Of a stretch of DNA of 64,000 nt, positions 51,732 through 61,645 are shown piece by piece; position 1 is the stretch's first letter; the number at the start of each line of letters is the position of its first letter. Position numbers and translations under genes: made by a program. The notes beneath the pieces are model-generated. The model ran no database searches. It was not told the DNA's origin and worked only from the letters and a program-made list of their open reading frames with translations. This stretch comes from Thermodesulfobacteriota bacterium. Lineage in GTDB: Bacteria; Desulfobacterota_D; UBA1144; Nemesobacterales; JAJCZQ01. The stretch lies in contig CBDBDR010000017.1 of the NCBI GenBank assembly GCA_965203965.1, positions 1,376,001-1,440,000 on the forward strand, written 5' to 3'.

Positions 51732-52535
51732 TTGCTGAGACTTGGAGATGTGCCGTTTTTGAACTCAAAGCCCTTGTTTTATTTATTAAAAAGTGGAAGT
51801 ATTGACTCTTGCATTGAGATCATCAGCCGTCCGCCTAACCTTCTTTCAGAACTGCTCAGGAAAAAAAATATAGACATGGGTCTTGTTCCGGTCGTTGAAT
51901 TACTCACACGGGGAAATTATAAAGTTGTCCCCGGGATCTCAATCTCATCGTATGGAAAAGTTGATAGCGTTATATTGATCTCCAAAAAGGAATTACGGGA
52001 CATAAGATCGGTGGCACTGGATGGGTATTCACTAAGCTCGGCAAATTTAACAAGGGTCTTATTTAAAAATTTTCTGGGCATGGATCCAGATTTTGTAACA
52101 AGAAGCTACGATGAGAATTTTTTTGCCGGTGTGGATTCAGGGATGCTTATTGGGGACACAGGCTTAAAGTTTCTATATAAAAATGCCGACCGAAGCGAGT
52201 ATAGAATATATGATCTGGGTGAGTTGTGGACTGATTTCACTGGTCTGCCTTTTGTCTATGCACTGCTTGCGGTCAATAATGGTGTAAATCTGGAAAACCA
52301 ACTGGATAATCTGATCAGATCCAAGAGGGAAGGAGTTGATTTTATTGATGAAATATGTGAAAAAGAGTCCGTGAAGATAGGAATTGGTAAGGAATTTTGC
52401 GTTAATTATATTACCAATAGAATACGTTATGATCTGAGTGACATGGAGATCAAGGGGATCTCAGAATTTGCAAAATGCCTGTCTAAGATCGGCATTGGAT
52501 CAGGGATCGACAAATTGGATTTTTACAAAAAATGA
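51732..52535 (+). CDS. mqnA: Chorismate dehydratase (futalosine pathway)
   Basis: FLNSKPL, G.VDSV, LIGD, DLGELW...TGLPFVYA. Confidence 0.85.
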   Translation: MLRLGDVPFLNSKPLFYLLKSGSIDSCIEIISRPPNLLSELLRKKNIDMGLVPVVELLTRGNYKVVPGISISSYGKVDSVILISKKELRDIRSVALDGYSLSSANLTRVLFKNFLGMDPDFVTRSYDENFFAGVDSGMLIGDTGLKFLYKNADRSEYRIYDLGELWTDFTGLPFVYALLAVNNGVNLENQLDNLIRSKREGVDFIDEICEKESVKIGIGKEFCVNYITNRIRYDLSDMEIKGISEFAKCLSKIGIGSGIDKLDFYKK

Positions 52536-52553
52536 ATTTAAGAGGAGATACAG

Positions 52554-53396
52554 GTGAGTAAAATCTCAATGAGGCTAGGGCATAGTCCCGATGCAGATGA
52601 TGCGTTCATGTTTTATGCGATGGCGAAGGGGAAAGTTGGTTCCCATCTGATTGATTTTAAGCACGTGATAGAAGATATTCAGTCGTTAAATAAAAGAGCT
52701 TTGAAAATGGAGTTGGAAACTTCTGCCATTTCGGCGCACGGCTACCTTAAAGTCCAGGATCATTACAGGATCATGTCGTGTGGTGCGAGCATGGGAAAGG
52801 GTTATGGTCCGATCGTTGTTGCAAATGAGCCTATGAATGACCTGAAGGGCAAGAAAATAGCAGTTCCCGGAAAGCTAACAACGGCATACTTGTTGCTGAT
52901 GCTTTACGTTGATGATTTTATTCCGGTGGAAGCTGACTTTGATGCGATCATTGATAAGGTCAGGAACAACGAGGTAGATGCCGGATTGCTGATACATGAG
53001 GGTCAGTTGACCTATGGGGATTTTGGATTGGAAAAACTCATTGATCTTGGTGAGTGCTGGGCAAATGACACGTCCTTACCTTTACCACTTGGCTTGAACG
53101 TTATTCGCAGGGATATTGAGAGATCACTACAGGTGGAAACTATCAGAGTTCACCAGCAGAGCATAGAATATGCACTTAATAACAAAGACGAGGCGCTTGA
53201 GTATGCGCTTGGGTTCGGAAGAGGAATGGCAAAGGACGTTGCTGAGAGATTTGTCTTAATGTATGTGAATGATCTTACCGTCAACTTGGGAGAAAAAGGT
53301 GTTGCTGCATTAGATCATTTATTCAATTGCTCTTATGATGTGGGATTGATAGACCAGAAACCTACGCTTGATATACTGGAGTATAAACCTTATTAA
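52554..53396 (+). CDS. mqnD: 1,4-dihydroxy-6-naphthoate synthase
   Basis: HSPDADDAFMFYA, GYGP, LIHEGQLTY, LPLPLG, MYVN. Confidence 0.9.
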   Translation: MSKISMRLGHSPDADDAFMFYAMAKGKVGSHLIDFKHVIEDIQSLNKRALKMELETSAISAHGYLKVQDHYRIMSCGASMGKGYGPIVVANEPMNDLKGKKIAVPGKLTTAYLLLMLYVDDFIPVEADFDAIIDKVRNNEVDAGLLIHEGQLTYGDFGLEKLIDLGECWANDTSLPLPLGLNVIRRDIERSLQVETIRVHQQSIEYALNNKDEALEYALGFGRGMAKDVAERFVLMYVNDLTVNLGEKGVAALDHLFNCSYDVGLIDQKPTLDILEYKPY

Positions 53397-53452
53397 CGGT
53401 GTTTGTCATTGGTGGACGGTTTAAGGTGTTTTAATTTTGGCAACTTAACCAA

Positions 53453-54694
53453 TCAATTTAGACCCCTGCTATAGATTATATTCCCATTTACCATGTTCAT
53501 TTTCAATCTGTCTTTGTCGGCAAGGATCACCTGTAAATAAGGGTCATCCGATCTCTCTTTGTATGACAAGAATATCAGATCAGCCTTTTTGCCCGTTTCT
53601 ATCGACCCGACCCTATCCTCAATGAACAACGACCTTGCTCCGCCAAGAGTGGCTGAATACACGGTCTGGAACGAAGATCGGCGTTTGTTCATACCTAATA
53701 GTATTTCATAAAATGCCGTCATTTCTTCAAAGTAATCCAGGCTGCTGTTGCTTGATAGTCCATCCGTTGCAAGTCCTAGTTTCTCAAGTTCGGTCAGTTT
53801 GGCAAGGGGAGGTGTCCCAACCTTTAGGTATTTATTACTGCGAGGACAAACGATAACCCCGATTTTCTTTTTTTTGATCTCGTCTATTTCTTCATCCGAG
53901 ATCTGGGTTGCATGCACTATGGTCAAATTGGATTGCAGGTTGTATCCATATTTTTTAAGATAGTCCAATGGATTTTTAGCATAAGGACGTTCATATTTCT
54001 CCTTTTCTATCAAGGGGTATAACTGTTCTTCTATCTTATTAGGCTCATTTCTTATAAACAGAATTTCATCTTCGCTTTCGGCAAGGTGTATTCCGATAGC
54101 CAAGTTGTTTTTGACCGATGTTCTGAATATTTTTTTCAGCAATTCAGGTGAGCAAGAGTAGGGTGCATGTGGAAAAGGTCTGACCTCAATCATGTTTTCC
54201 TTGACGTATTTTTTTTTATCAAAGACTTCAATATGCCTGTCAAACAGCTCTTCAAATATAATTGCCCTGATACCAGAACCTTTAACTATATCTTTATCCA
54301 AACCGTCATAGGAGGATATTTCACCAACTGTGGAAACTCCCGTTTTGATTAGACTGGATAGTCCATCTTTTACGGATTGTCTTATTAGTTCTTCGGTTAT
54401 TTTTTTTTCTATCTTCAGTTTGATTATATGCGTCAGCCACTGGGTGAAGTTTTTGAAGTTCCCAATTTTGCCAAACATCCATCCAAGTTCGAGATGAACG
54501 TGCCCGTTTATAAATCCCGGCAACAAGATGCCTTTGCCGAGGTTAATTTCGGTAAACCTCTTATATTTTTTCCTTATGTCGCCACTGTTTCCCATGTCTA
54601 TGATGTCGCTGCCGGAGATCACCACAGACCCATAGTACAGTGGCTTTGCCGCTATGGGTAATATGGTTTCTGCGGACAGTATTGTTTTGTTCAT
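53453..54694 (-). CDS. Metal-dependent amidohydrolase (aminodeoxyfutalosine deaminase-like)
   Basis: PGFINGHVHLE, PHAPYS, HLAES, TDGLSSN. Confidence 0.85.
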   Translation of the reverse strand: MNKTILSAETILPIAAKPLYYGSVVISGSDIIDMGNSGDIRKKYKRFTEINLGKGILLPGFINGHVHLELGWMFGKIGNFKNFTQWLTHIIKLKIEKKITEELIRQSVKDGLSSLIKTGVSTVGEISSYDGLDKDIVKGSGIRAIIFEELFDRHIEVFDKKKYVKENMIEVRPFPHAPYSCSPELLKKIFRTSVKNNLAIGIHLAESEDEILFIRNEPNKIEEQLYPLIEKEKYERPYAKNPLDYLKKYGYNLQSNLTIVHATQISDEEIDEIKKKKIGVIVCPRSNKYLKVGTPPLAKLTELEKLGLATDGLSSNSSLDYFEEMTAFYEILLGMNKRRSSFQTVYSATLGGARSLFIEDRVGSIETGKKADLIFLSYKERSDDPYLQVILADKDRLKMNMVNGNIIYSRGLN

Positions 54695-54775
54695 AGTCGG
54701 GAAAATTATTACCAAAAGGGTTAAAAAGTTATCTCCTTTTGTAACACCGAGTGGTCACATTAAAGGAGAGTTGAA

Positions 54776-55654
54776 CTATTGTATATCTATTTTGTTCTGC
54801 TTGCGGATCTTTTCCAACAGATCATTGCTGATAATACCTGTTGCCACTTCTTCCACCGGACCTTTCATTTTTATTGACCAGTCTTCTCTTACGTGAATAT
54901 TCAATGCCCCGCCGGGCATATTTATCAGTACCTCGTTGTCCGTCAAACCGTTTTTCACTGCTGCTGCTGCCACTGCACACGAACTGCTGCCGGACGCAAG
55001 CGTGTATCCTGCCCCTCGCTCCCATATAAGAATATCAATTGAATTGTCTGAAGTAACCTTTGCAATTTGGACGTTTATTCTGTTGGGAAACAGCTTGTTA
55101 TTTTCAATGAGTGCTCCGACTTTCTTAGTGTAGTTGACGTCAAGTTCATTGGAAAATATTACACAATGAGGGTTACCGACTGATAACGCGGTAAAATTAA
55201 ATATCTCGCCCTCTATTCTCATCTCTTCGTTGATCACTTCTCTCTCATTTCCTGCGACTGGAATATCTTTGCTGTTAAAAGTTGCAACGCCCATTTCTAC
55301 TGTTACGTGTCTTACGGTGTCATCTTCAACGCTTAGTTCGCAAGTTACCATGCCTCCGGGGGTTTTGATCTGGAACTCTTTGCTATTTGTGTAACCGTAT
55401 TCATACAAATACTTAGAAAATATTCTCAGACCGTTCCCGCTTTTCTCTGCTTCGCTTCCGTCGGGGTTGATAATTTTCAACCCGAACACGTCGGGTTCAA
55501 TGGAAGTCAGAAGTAATATGCCGTCGGAACCTATGCCAAAATTCCTGTGGCAGATCAATCTAGCTGTTTCAGAAGTGATGTTGAAAGAGAGCTTGTTGTT
55601 ATCTAGAACAATGTAGTCGTTACCAAGCCCATGTGATTTTACAAACTCGTTCAT
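54776..55654 (-). CDS. dapF: Diaminopimelate epimerase
   Basis: KSHGLGNDY, NPDGSEAEKSGNG, GNPH, ERGAGYTLASGS. Confidence 0.92.
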   Translation of the reverse strand: MNEFVKSHGLGNDYIVLDNNKLSFNITSETARLICHRNFGIGSDGILLLTSIEPDVFGLKIINPDGSEAEKSGNGLRIFSKYLYEYGYTNSKEFQIKTPGGMVTCELSVEDDTVRHVTVEMGVATFNSKDIPVAGNEREVINEEMRIEGEIFNFTALSVGNPHCVIFSNELDVNYTKKVGALIENNKLFPNRINVQIAKVTSDNSIDILIWERGAGYTLASGSSSCAVAAAAVKNGLTDNEVLINMPGGALNIHVREDWSIKMKGPVEEVATGIISNDLLEKIRKQNKIDIQ

Positions 55655-55685
55655 TGGTGTGAAAAAAAATAGAAGTTAACGCATT

Positions 55686-55719
55686 ATGATCTGCCCGATC
55701 TGATAACCGAGCAGATCAT
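55686..55719 (-). terminator. Hairpin downstream of dodecin gene
   Basis: ATGATCTGC...GCAGATCAT inverted repeat. Confidence 0.55.
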
Positions 55720-55750
55720 TATATAAAAACTCAATTATTGTTCTATAAAC

Positions 55751-55954
55751 CTACTCGTCAAGAATAAAAGTTATTCTGACGTGTGCTCTGTATTCGGTTA
55801 TTTTACCGTTTTCTATATGGGCATTCATCTTAGTAACTTCAATTCCCGTGAGACCTCTTATAGTTTTGTTAGCTCTGTCAAGAGCCTGATCAACGGCGTC
55901 ATCCCATGATTTAGGGGAACCGCCCACGACTTCTGTTATTCTTGCAACTGCCAT
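55751..55954 (-). CDS. Dodecin family flavin-binding protein
   Basis: EVVGGSPKSWDDAV..A..RA.KTIRG...ITEYR; AGGAGG RBS. Confidence 0.9.
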   Translation of the reverse strand: MAVARITEVVGGSPKSWDDAVDQALDRANKTIRGLTGIEVTKMNAHIENGKITEYRAHVRITFILDE

Positions 55955-56096
55955 AATGCTACCTCCTTTAAGTTATTTGCCATTAATAATATTACTATAA
56001 ATCTTCATTGTAATGCAACTTATGATCGTGTGGAATGAAGTTGTTAGCAATTAAATTTCTGGTGGAAATTTTTCTGATTTGTTCTCTGACATTTGA

Positions 56097-56879
56097 TCAG
56101 ACCGTATTTATCAATGTAATAACTATGATCCCAAAGCCTATGACTGCTCCCATAGCGGCTTTTTTCCCTTTCCAGCCGAGTGATAACCTACAGTTTAGCA
56201 GGGTCGCATATACGATCCAAGTAACGACCGACCAGGTCTCTTTATCACTCCATTTCCAATCGGGTCCCAAAATCTGGTTTGCAATAAAAAAACCAACCGC
56301 CATTCCAATAGTAATAAGGGGAAATCCTAACGTCAATCCAATATGGTTGATCTTGTCAAGCGTGTTTAGTGAAGGTAATTGTTGCAGCATGCTCCCAAAC
56401 TGCTTTCCCTTGATCTTACGTTCTTCAAAAAGGTAGAAAACCCCAGCAACAAAAGCTATTGCAAAAATTGCCAGAGCGAGAAATATCAGGATAACGTGCG
56501 TTATTAGTATCCAAGGATTGTTTATCGTTGGATCTTCAGTTTGGATCATTCCGTGTGGGACTATTAGGCTTGGCACCATGCCAATGAAAGCGAGGGAGAA
56601 AATGAACGCACCGATAAAAGGGAGTTTATAGATCAAATTTGAGATCAGAAAAACTAATGGGATGAACCATGCAAATATAACTAATGACTTTTCAAGACCA
56701 TCCACTTGGATAATTTCTCCAAATGTTATCTTATACAGATAATAAGTGTGCAGTATGAAGCCAAAGACCCCGATATAGAGTCCGATCTTAGAATATCTCT
56801 CGTTTTGTCTCAACAAGCCAGAAATAAAAAATATCAGGCTGAAAAAGTAGCTAAGTGTAATTGCGTAAGAGATATACAT
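56097..56879 (-). CDS. Cytochrome c biogenesis CcsA/HemX-like protein
   Basis: Multi-TM; LPSLNTLDK, W.WSDKETWS..W..Y, GWKGKK. Confidence 0.85.
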   Translation of the reverse strand: MYISYAITLSYFFSLIFFISGLLRQNERYSKIGLYIGVFGFILHTYYLYKITFGEIIQVDGLEKSLVIFAWFIPLVFLISNLIYKLPFIGAFIFSLAFIGMVPSLIVPHGMIQTEDPTINNPWILITHVILIFLALAIFAIAFVAGVFYLFEERKIKGKQFGSMLQQLPSLNTLDKINHIGLTLGFPLITIGMAVGFFIANQILGPDWKWSDKETWSVVTWIVYATLLNCRLSLGWKGKKAAMGAVIGFGIIVITLINTV

Positions 56880-56932
56880 TAAACAGTGTATAGCAGACCA
56901 TCCATTAACACGGGAACTGGATAATTCCGCTG

Positions 56933-57997
56933 TTATAAATTTTTCAAACTTTCAGTCTGATAAAAAGTTGTCAGAGAGTCTATCAGCTCGTTCAATCCAC
57001 CATCCAATACTGATTCTATCTTGTGCAACGTGAGTCCTATTCTATGCTCGGTAACACGACCTTGTGGAAAATTGTAGGTTCTTATTTTTTCGCTTCTATT
57101 GCCCGATCCGATCTGATTTTTCCTGCTGTCTGAAAGCTCGCTTTCTCTTCTGGCTTCTTCTATTTCATATAGTTTTGCTCTGAGCATTTTCATTGCATGC
57201 ATCCTGTTCTTGTGCTGTGAGCGTTCATCCTGACACTGAACGACGATACCAGATGGCACGTGCGTTATCCTTATTGCAGAGTCCGTTTTGTTTACGTGCT
57301 GTCCTCCAGCACCAGATGCCCTGTATGTATCTACCCTCAAGTCTTTCTCGTCAATTTGCACGTCCACCTCATCTGCATCTGGCAGGATGGCAACGGTTGC
57401 AGTGGAAGTGTGTATTCTGCCTCCGGTTTCGGTTTCAGGTATCCGCTGCACTCTGTGAACTCCACTTTCATATTTTAATGTTCCGTAAATGTTCTTGCCT
57501 TCAATTGAGCATGATATTTCTTTTATCCCCCCGATCCCGGTCTCGTTCAGGCTCAAGGTTTCCAACTTCCATTTCCTGTTTTCACAGAACCTGTTATACA
57601 TGCGGAACAGATTGGACGCGAAGAGCGCCGCTTCTTCTCCCCCAGTGCCGGCTCTGATCTCCAATATTACGTTTTTTTTATCTTTTGGGTCTTTTGGAAG
57701 TAACTGTAGCTTGAGTTTGTTTTCCAAGTTCTCTTTTTCTTCTTCCAGTAGACTATTTTCTTCTTTAACAAGACTGGAAAGCTCTTTATCGTTCAGTAAT
57801 TGTTTATTTTCTTCGATGTTCTGTGATACTTTTTTAAATTCCCTGTAAGTTTGAACTATATCTTCTAATTCAGACCTTTCCACGGAGAATTTTTTTATAT
57901 CTCCCGGTGATAGATTGGGTTGGTTCAGATTGTTTTCTATCTCGGAGTACTTGCTTTCAACTTCTTCCAACTTACTTAGCATACCCGTGTCAGCCAT
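56933..57997 (-). CDS. prfA: Peptide chain release factor 1
   Basis: GGQ and PET motifs, IRTYNFPQ. Confidence 0.97.
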   Translation of the reverse strand: MADTGMLSKLEEVESKYSEIENNLNQPNLSPGDIKKFSVERSELEDIVQTYREFKKVSQNIEENKQLLNDKELSSLVKEENSLLEEEKENLENKLKLQLLPKDPKDKKNVILEIRAGTGGEEAALFASNLFRMYNRFCENRKWKLETLSLNETGIGGIKEISCSIEGKNIYGTLKYESGVHRVQRIPETETGGRIHTSTATVAILPDADEVDVQIDEKDLRVDTYRASGAGGQHVNKTDSAIRITHVPSGIVVQCQDERSQHKNRMHAMKMLRAKLYEIEEARRESELSDSRKNQIGSGNRSEKIRTYNFPQGRVTEHRIGLTLHKIESVLDGGLNELIDSLTTFYQTESLKNL

Positions 57998-58044
57998 TTG
58001 GGTTATATTTACATAACTTGCAATAATTTCAATAAAAGATAGAA

Positions 58045-58260
58045 TTGCAAAAACAAGAAATCATGGATGTTCTTGAAGGCAAACTAAGGGATTTCATAGA
58101 TAAGAACAACAAAATTATTGACAGTTATGGAGAGCTCAGATCTGAACTTATGTATTTGAAGGATAAAATAAGCGGTCTTGAAGAAGAGAAAATTCAATTA
58201 AGGCAAAGAGTTGACACAATTATAGAGAAGATCGAAATACATCTGAGAAATTCAGGGTGA
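58045..58260 (+). CDS. Short coiled-coil protein (ZapB-like)
   Basis: Heptad pattern; directly upstream of zapA. Confidence 0.65.
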   Translation: MQKQEIMDVLEGKLRDFIDKNNKIIDSYGELRSELMYLKDKISGLEEEKIQLRQRVDTIIEKIEIHLRNSG

Positions 58261-58267
58261 TTAAATT

Positions 58268-58594
58268 ATGAGAAGTGTCAGAATAAATATCCTTAATAAG
58301 GATTACGTTGTTAAAACTGATGCAGAAGAAGACTACATGAAACAACTTGCCCAATTTCTTGAAGAAAAGGTCAAAGAGTTGGGTGCTCAAGAAATTTCAG
58401 ATATTCCCTATCCGTTCCTCTTAGCAGCTTTCAAGGTTACTGATGATTTCTTTACAGCAAAAAAAGAAATTGAGGAGTACAGGAACCGTGCTAAGGAAAA
58501 ATCAAGAGAATTGGTCGAAATATTGGACGGATCAATCACGAAGATCAACGATCTGCAGTTGGATTTCAGGGGAAACAGTTTTAAGCAAGAATAA
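58268..58594 (+). CDS. zapA: Cell division protein ZapA
   Basis: VRINILNKDY.V...EEDY..QLA.FLEEK; zapA-ygfA-rny synteny. Confidence 0.88.
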   Translation: MRSVRINILNKDYVVKTDAEEDYMKQLAQFLEEKVKELGAQEISDIPYPFLLAAFKVTDDFFTAKKEIEEYRNRAKEKSRELVEILDGSITKINDLQLDFRGNSFKQE

Positions 58595-58661
58595 TTGGTA
58601 TTTGGGTTCTGAACCGCAGTTATCATCTTGCTTTCAAAATAATCAATTCAATATAGATCGT
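58548..58661 (+). ncRNA. Possible compact/divergent 6S RNA
   Basis: ACGATCT/AGATCGT closing stem, central bubble, AAGCAAGA/TCTTGCTT apical stem at the usual ssrS position. Confidence 0.4.
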
Positions 58662-59270
58662 AATATTACAAATTTATCCTCACTTGAAGATGCCAAGCGA
58701 TCTCTTCGCAACGAGGCATTAAAAAAGCGTTTGCAGTTATCCAAAGTATTTACGGATCGTCTCAGTCGTTTGATCTGTGAGAATCTTGTTGCAACTTCCC
58801 ATTACAAGAAAGCAAAGAGCGTTGCCTTGTTTTATCCGATCAAGAACGAGGCAGATCCGCTCGGTGTTTTTGGAAGTTGTATTGATTCAAATAAAAAAGT
58901 TCTGTTCCCAAGAATAGAAGGAGAAGGTCTTGTATTTCACAAGGTTGATTCTCTGAGCGATCTCAGATTGAGCAAGCACCGTATATATGAGCCTGATCCG
59001 GGGTTGCCCGAAATGAAGGTGGAAGATATAGAGCTTTTTATCATTCCCGGCTTGGCTTTTGATTTGAACGGTAACAGGTTGGGTTACGGTAAAGGCTATT
59101 ATGACAGGTGTTTAGCCCCAGTGACCGATGGAATAATCGTGGGTTTTTGCTTCTGTTCCCAAGTTCTTAGATCTCTGCCGAGTGGCTTGCTTGACAAGAA
59201 AATGGACTATCTCGCAAGTGAGAATGGTGTGTTGAGTTGTAAATGTCAGAATAGGAGGGAATATCAGTGA
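58602..59270 (+). CDS. ygfA: 5-formyltetrahydrofolate cyclo-ligase (start uncertain)
   Basis: IPGLAFDLNGNRLGYGKGYYDR. Confidence 0.9.
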   Translation: MGSEPQLSSCFQNNQFNIDRNITNLSSLEDAKRSLRNEALKKRLQLSKVFTDRLSRLICENLVATSHYKKAKSVALFYPIKNEADPLGVFGSCIDSNKKVLFPRIEGEGLVFHKVDSLSDLRLSKHRIYEPDPGLPEMKVEDIELFIIPGLAFDLNGNRLGYGKGYYDRCLAPVTDGIIVGFCFCSQVLRSLPSGLLDKKMDYLASENGVLSCKCQNRREYQ

Positions 59271-60823
59271 GTATAGTTGGAATTATTATACTAGTTGTTG
59301 CTTTTATAGCCGGATTTGCGGCGTATTTTGCTTACATGAGATTGATCGTGAACAAGAAAATTGAAAACAATGAGCGTAGATCAAAGGCTGCTCTTGAGGA
59401 TGCAAAAAAAGAAGCAGAGCGAGTGGTAATGAAAGGTGAATTAAAAGCAAAGGAAATTGTTGAAAAGAAAAATTCACAACTTGATAGGATGACCAGTGAA
59501 AAGCAAAGAGAGTTTTCCAAAATTGAAAAAAGACTTCAGAACCGAGAGGAGTCAATAGACAAAAGACACGAGGTTTATGAAAAGAAGCTCAGCGAAGTTG
59601 AAGTGTTGGAGAAAGAGCTTGACAAGCGGGGGCTTGATTTTCAGGCAAAGCAGGAAGAGCTTGATTCCGTTATTGAGCAGGCTAAAGGTAAAATTGAAGA
59701 GATAGCCGAAATGAGCAGAGAAGACGCGAAGCAGGAGCTTGTAAATATTGTTGAATATGAAGCGAGGCATGAATCCGCAAAGAAATTAAAGCAGATAGAA
59801 GAAGACCTTAATAAATCAGCGGAGGAAAAGGCAAAAAACATAATCTCTCTTGCGATGCAGAGATACGCAGGCTCGTATGCTGGAGAAAAAACTACTTCCG
59901 TGGTCAATCTACCAAGTGATGATATGAAGGGAAGGATAATAGGTCGTGAAGGCAGGAATATCAGGTCGCTGGAGTTGGTAACGGGGGTTGATCTTATCGT
60001 TGATGATACTCCTGAAGTTGTAGTGGTCTCTTCATTGAATCCTATAAGAAGGGATGTAGCCAAAAAGTCCCTTGAAAAGTTGATAGAAGATGGACACATA
60101 CACCCAACAAGGATTGAAGGGGTAGTAAAAGAGGTTCAGGAAGAGGTTGAGAAGGAGATACAGAAAGCGGGGAGAGAAGCCGTTTTTGATCTGGGAATAT
60201 CCGATATGCACGACGATCTTGTTAAACACTTAGGAAGGCTGAAATACAGAACAAGCTATTCACAGAACATACTTAATCATTCGATTGAAGTTGCCTTTAT
60301 ATGCGGGATGTTAGCTTCTGAAATAAGTTTTGATCTCAAGTTAGCTAGAAGGGCAGGACTTCTGCATGATATAGGTAAATCAGTTGATCATGAGGTGCAG
60401 GGTTCACATATTGATATTGGAATTGAGCTTGTTAAAAAATATGGTGAGCCTCAGGAAATTGTAGATGCCTGTGCCAAGTCGCATGATCCGCAGCCTCAAG
60501 GTGTGTTACCTCTATTGGTCCAGGCGGCAGATGCCATTTCTGCTGCAAGACCGGGTGCGAGGAGAGAATCCTATCAGGCTTATATAAACAGGATTGAAAG
60601 TATTGAAAATATAGCGGACTCTTTTCATGGAGTTGAAAAATGTTATGCGATCCAAGCAGGTAGAGAGGTCAGAGTGATAGTTGAGAACTCAAACGTTAAT
60701 GATGATGAGGCGGCTCTGCTATCTCATGAGATCGCAAAGAAGATAGAAAAGGAAGTAACTTACCCCGGACAAGTAAAAGTAACCGTTATCCGTGAAGTGA
60801 GATCTGTGGCTTACGCTTCATAG
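59267..60823 (+). CDS. rny: Ribonuclease Y
   Basis: TM plus coiled coil, KH (MKGRIIGREGRNIR), HD (LLHDIGK), ADAISAARPGAR. Confidence 0.97.
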   Translation: MSIVGIIILVVAFIAGFAAYFAYMRLIVNKKIENNERRSKAALEDAKKEAERVVMKGELKAKEIVEKKNSQLDRMTSEKQREFSKIEKRLQNREESIDKRHEVYEKKLSEVEVLEKELDKRGLDFQAKQEELDSVIEQAKGKIEEIAEMSREDAKQELVNIVEYEARHESAKKLKQIEEDLNKSAEEKAKNIISLAMQRYAGSYAGEKTTSVVNLPSDDMKGRIIGREGRNIRSLELVTGVDLIVDDTPEVVVVSSLNPIRRDVAKKSLEKLIEDGHIHPTRIEGVVKEVQEEVEKEIQKAGREAVFDLGISDMHDDLVKHLGRLKYRTSYSQNILNHSIEVAFICGMLASEISFDLKLARRAGLLHDIGKSVDHEVQGSHIDIGIELVKKYGEPQEIVDACAKSHDPQPQGVLPLLVQAADAISAARPGARRESYQAYINRIESIENIADSFHGVEKCYAIQAGREVRVIVENSNVNDDEAALLSHEIAKKIEKEVTYPGQVKVTVIREVRSVAYAS

Positions 60824-60863
60824 ACCTGACTACTCTGTAAGTCTTTTGAGGGGAATTTTAATA

Positions 60864-61565
60864 CTAACGCAATCCATTGAGTTGATACTGTGCATGTTGG
60901 ACAAGATGTGTGTTGCCTTGGCTTTCTGCGAGTTTTATAGTTTTTCGTAGGTCGGTATTTGCTTCAGAGGTCTTATTCAAGGTTTTATGAGCAACTCCTC
61001 GGTTACAATAAGCCTCTGCAAATCCTGATACTAACTCGATCGCACTTGTGAAATCCGCGACCGCTTTATCATTTTCCCCTTTGTCCATATATGCAAGTCC
61101 ACGGTTGTTATATACGTCTGCATCTTCGGGTTTCAATTCAATTGTTTTAGTGAAATCTGCAATGGCTTCGTCATAAGAACCGATCACGGCATAGGAAAGA
61201 CCGCGGTTGTTATACGCCTCGGCAAAGTTTGGATCAAGTTCAACCGCCTTGCTGAAATCTGCAACTGCCCTGCTGAGACTACTATTTCTGGCGTAAAGGA
61301 TCCCGCGGTTGCCATAAGCCTCCGCAAAGTCTGGGTTCAGATTGATAGCCTTGTTGTAGCATTCAGTTGCTTTATCATATTTGCCCACGCTTTCATAAGC
61401 GACCCCGCTGTGGTTGTATGCCTCTGCAAAATCTCGTTTTAGTTCAACTGCTTTTTCAAATTCCTGTATAGCTCTAAAAGCATCGCCTTTGCTTAGATAT
61501 TCATTCCCACTTTTGAAATATCCTTCGGCGTCTTTCGGTTCTGATCCAGTATCAGGTTTATTCAT
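60864..61565 (-). CDS. Tetratricopeptide repeat protein
   Basis: About 6 TPRs (AEAYNNRG..Y...G.YD.A..DF.K.IEL.P). Confidence 0.9.
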   Translation of the reverse strand: MNKPDTGSEPKDAEGYFKSGNEYLSKGDAFRAIQEFEKAVELKRDFAEAYNHSGVAYESVGKYDKATECYNKAINLNPDFAEAYGNRGILYARNSSLSRAVADFSKAVELDPNFAEAYNNRGLSYAVIGSYDEAIADFTKTIELKPEDADVYNNRGLAYMDKGENDKAVADFTSAIELVSGFAEAYCNRGVAHKTLNKTSEANTDLRKTIKLAESQGNTHLVQHAQYQLNGLR

Positions 61566-61645
61566 GTTCGTTCTCCACAAGTTATGTTTTTTTCAAAGTG
61601 ATATTATACAGTAAAATCAGCGGGTAGTTGATTTTTACTTTTATA

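Noticed and set aside
58443..58601. Long N-terminal extension of ygfA given by the ORF track
   Set aside because: Overlaps zapA out of frame and shows no family similarity
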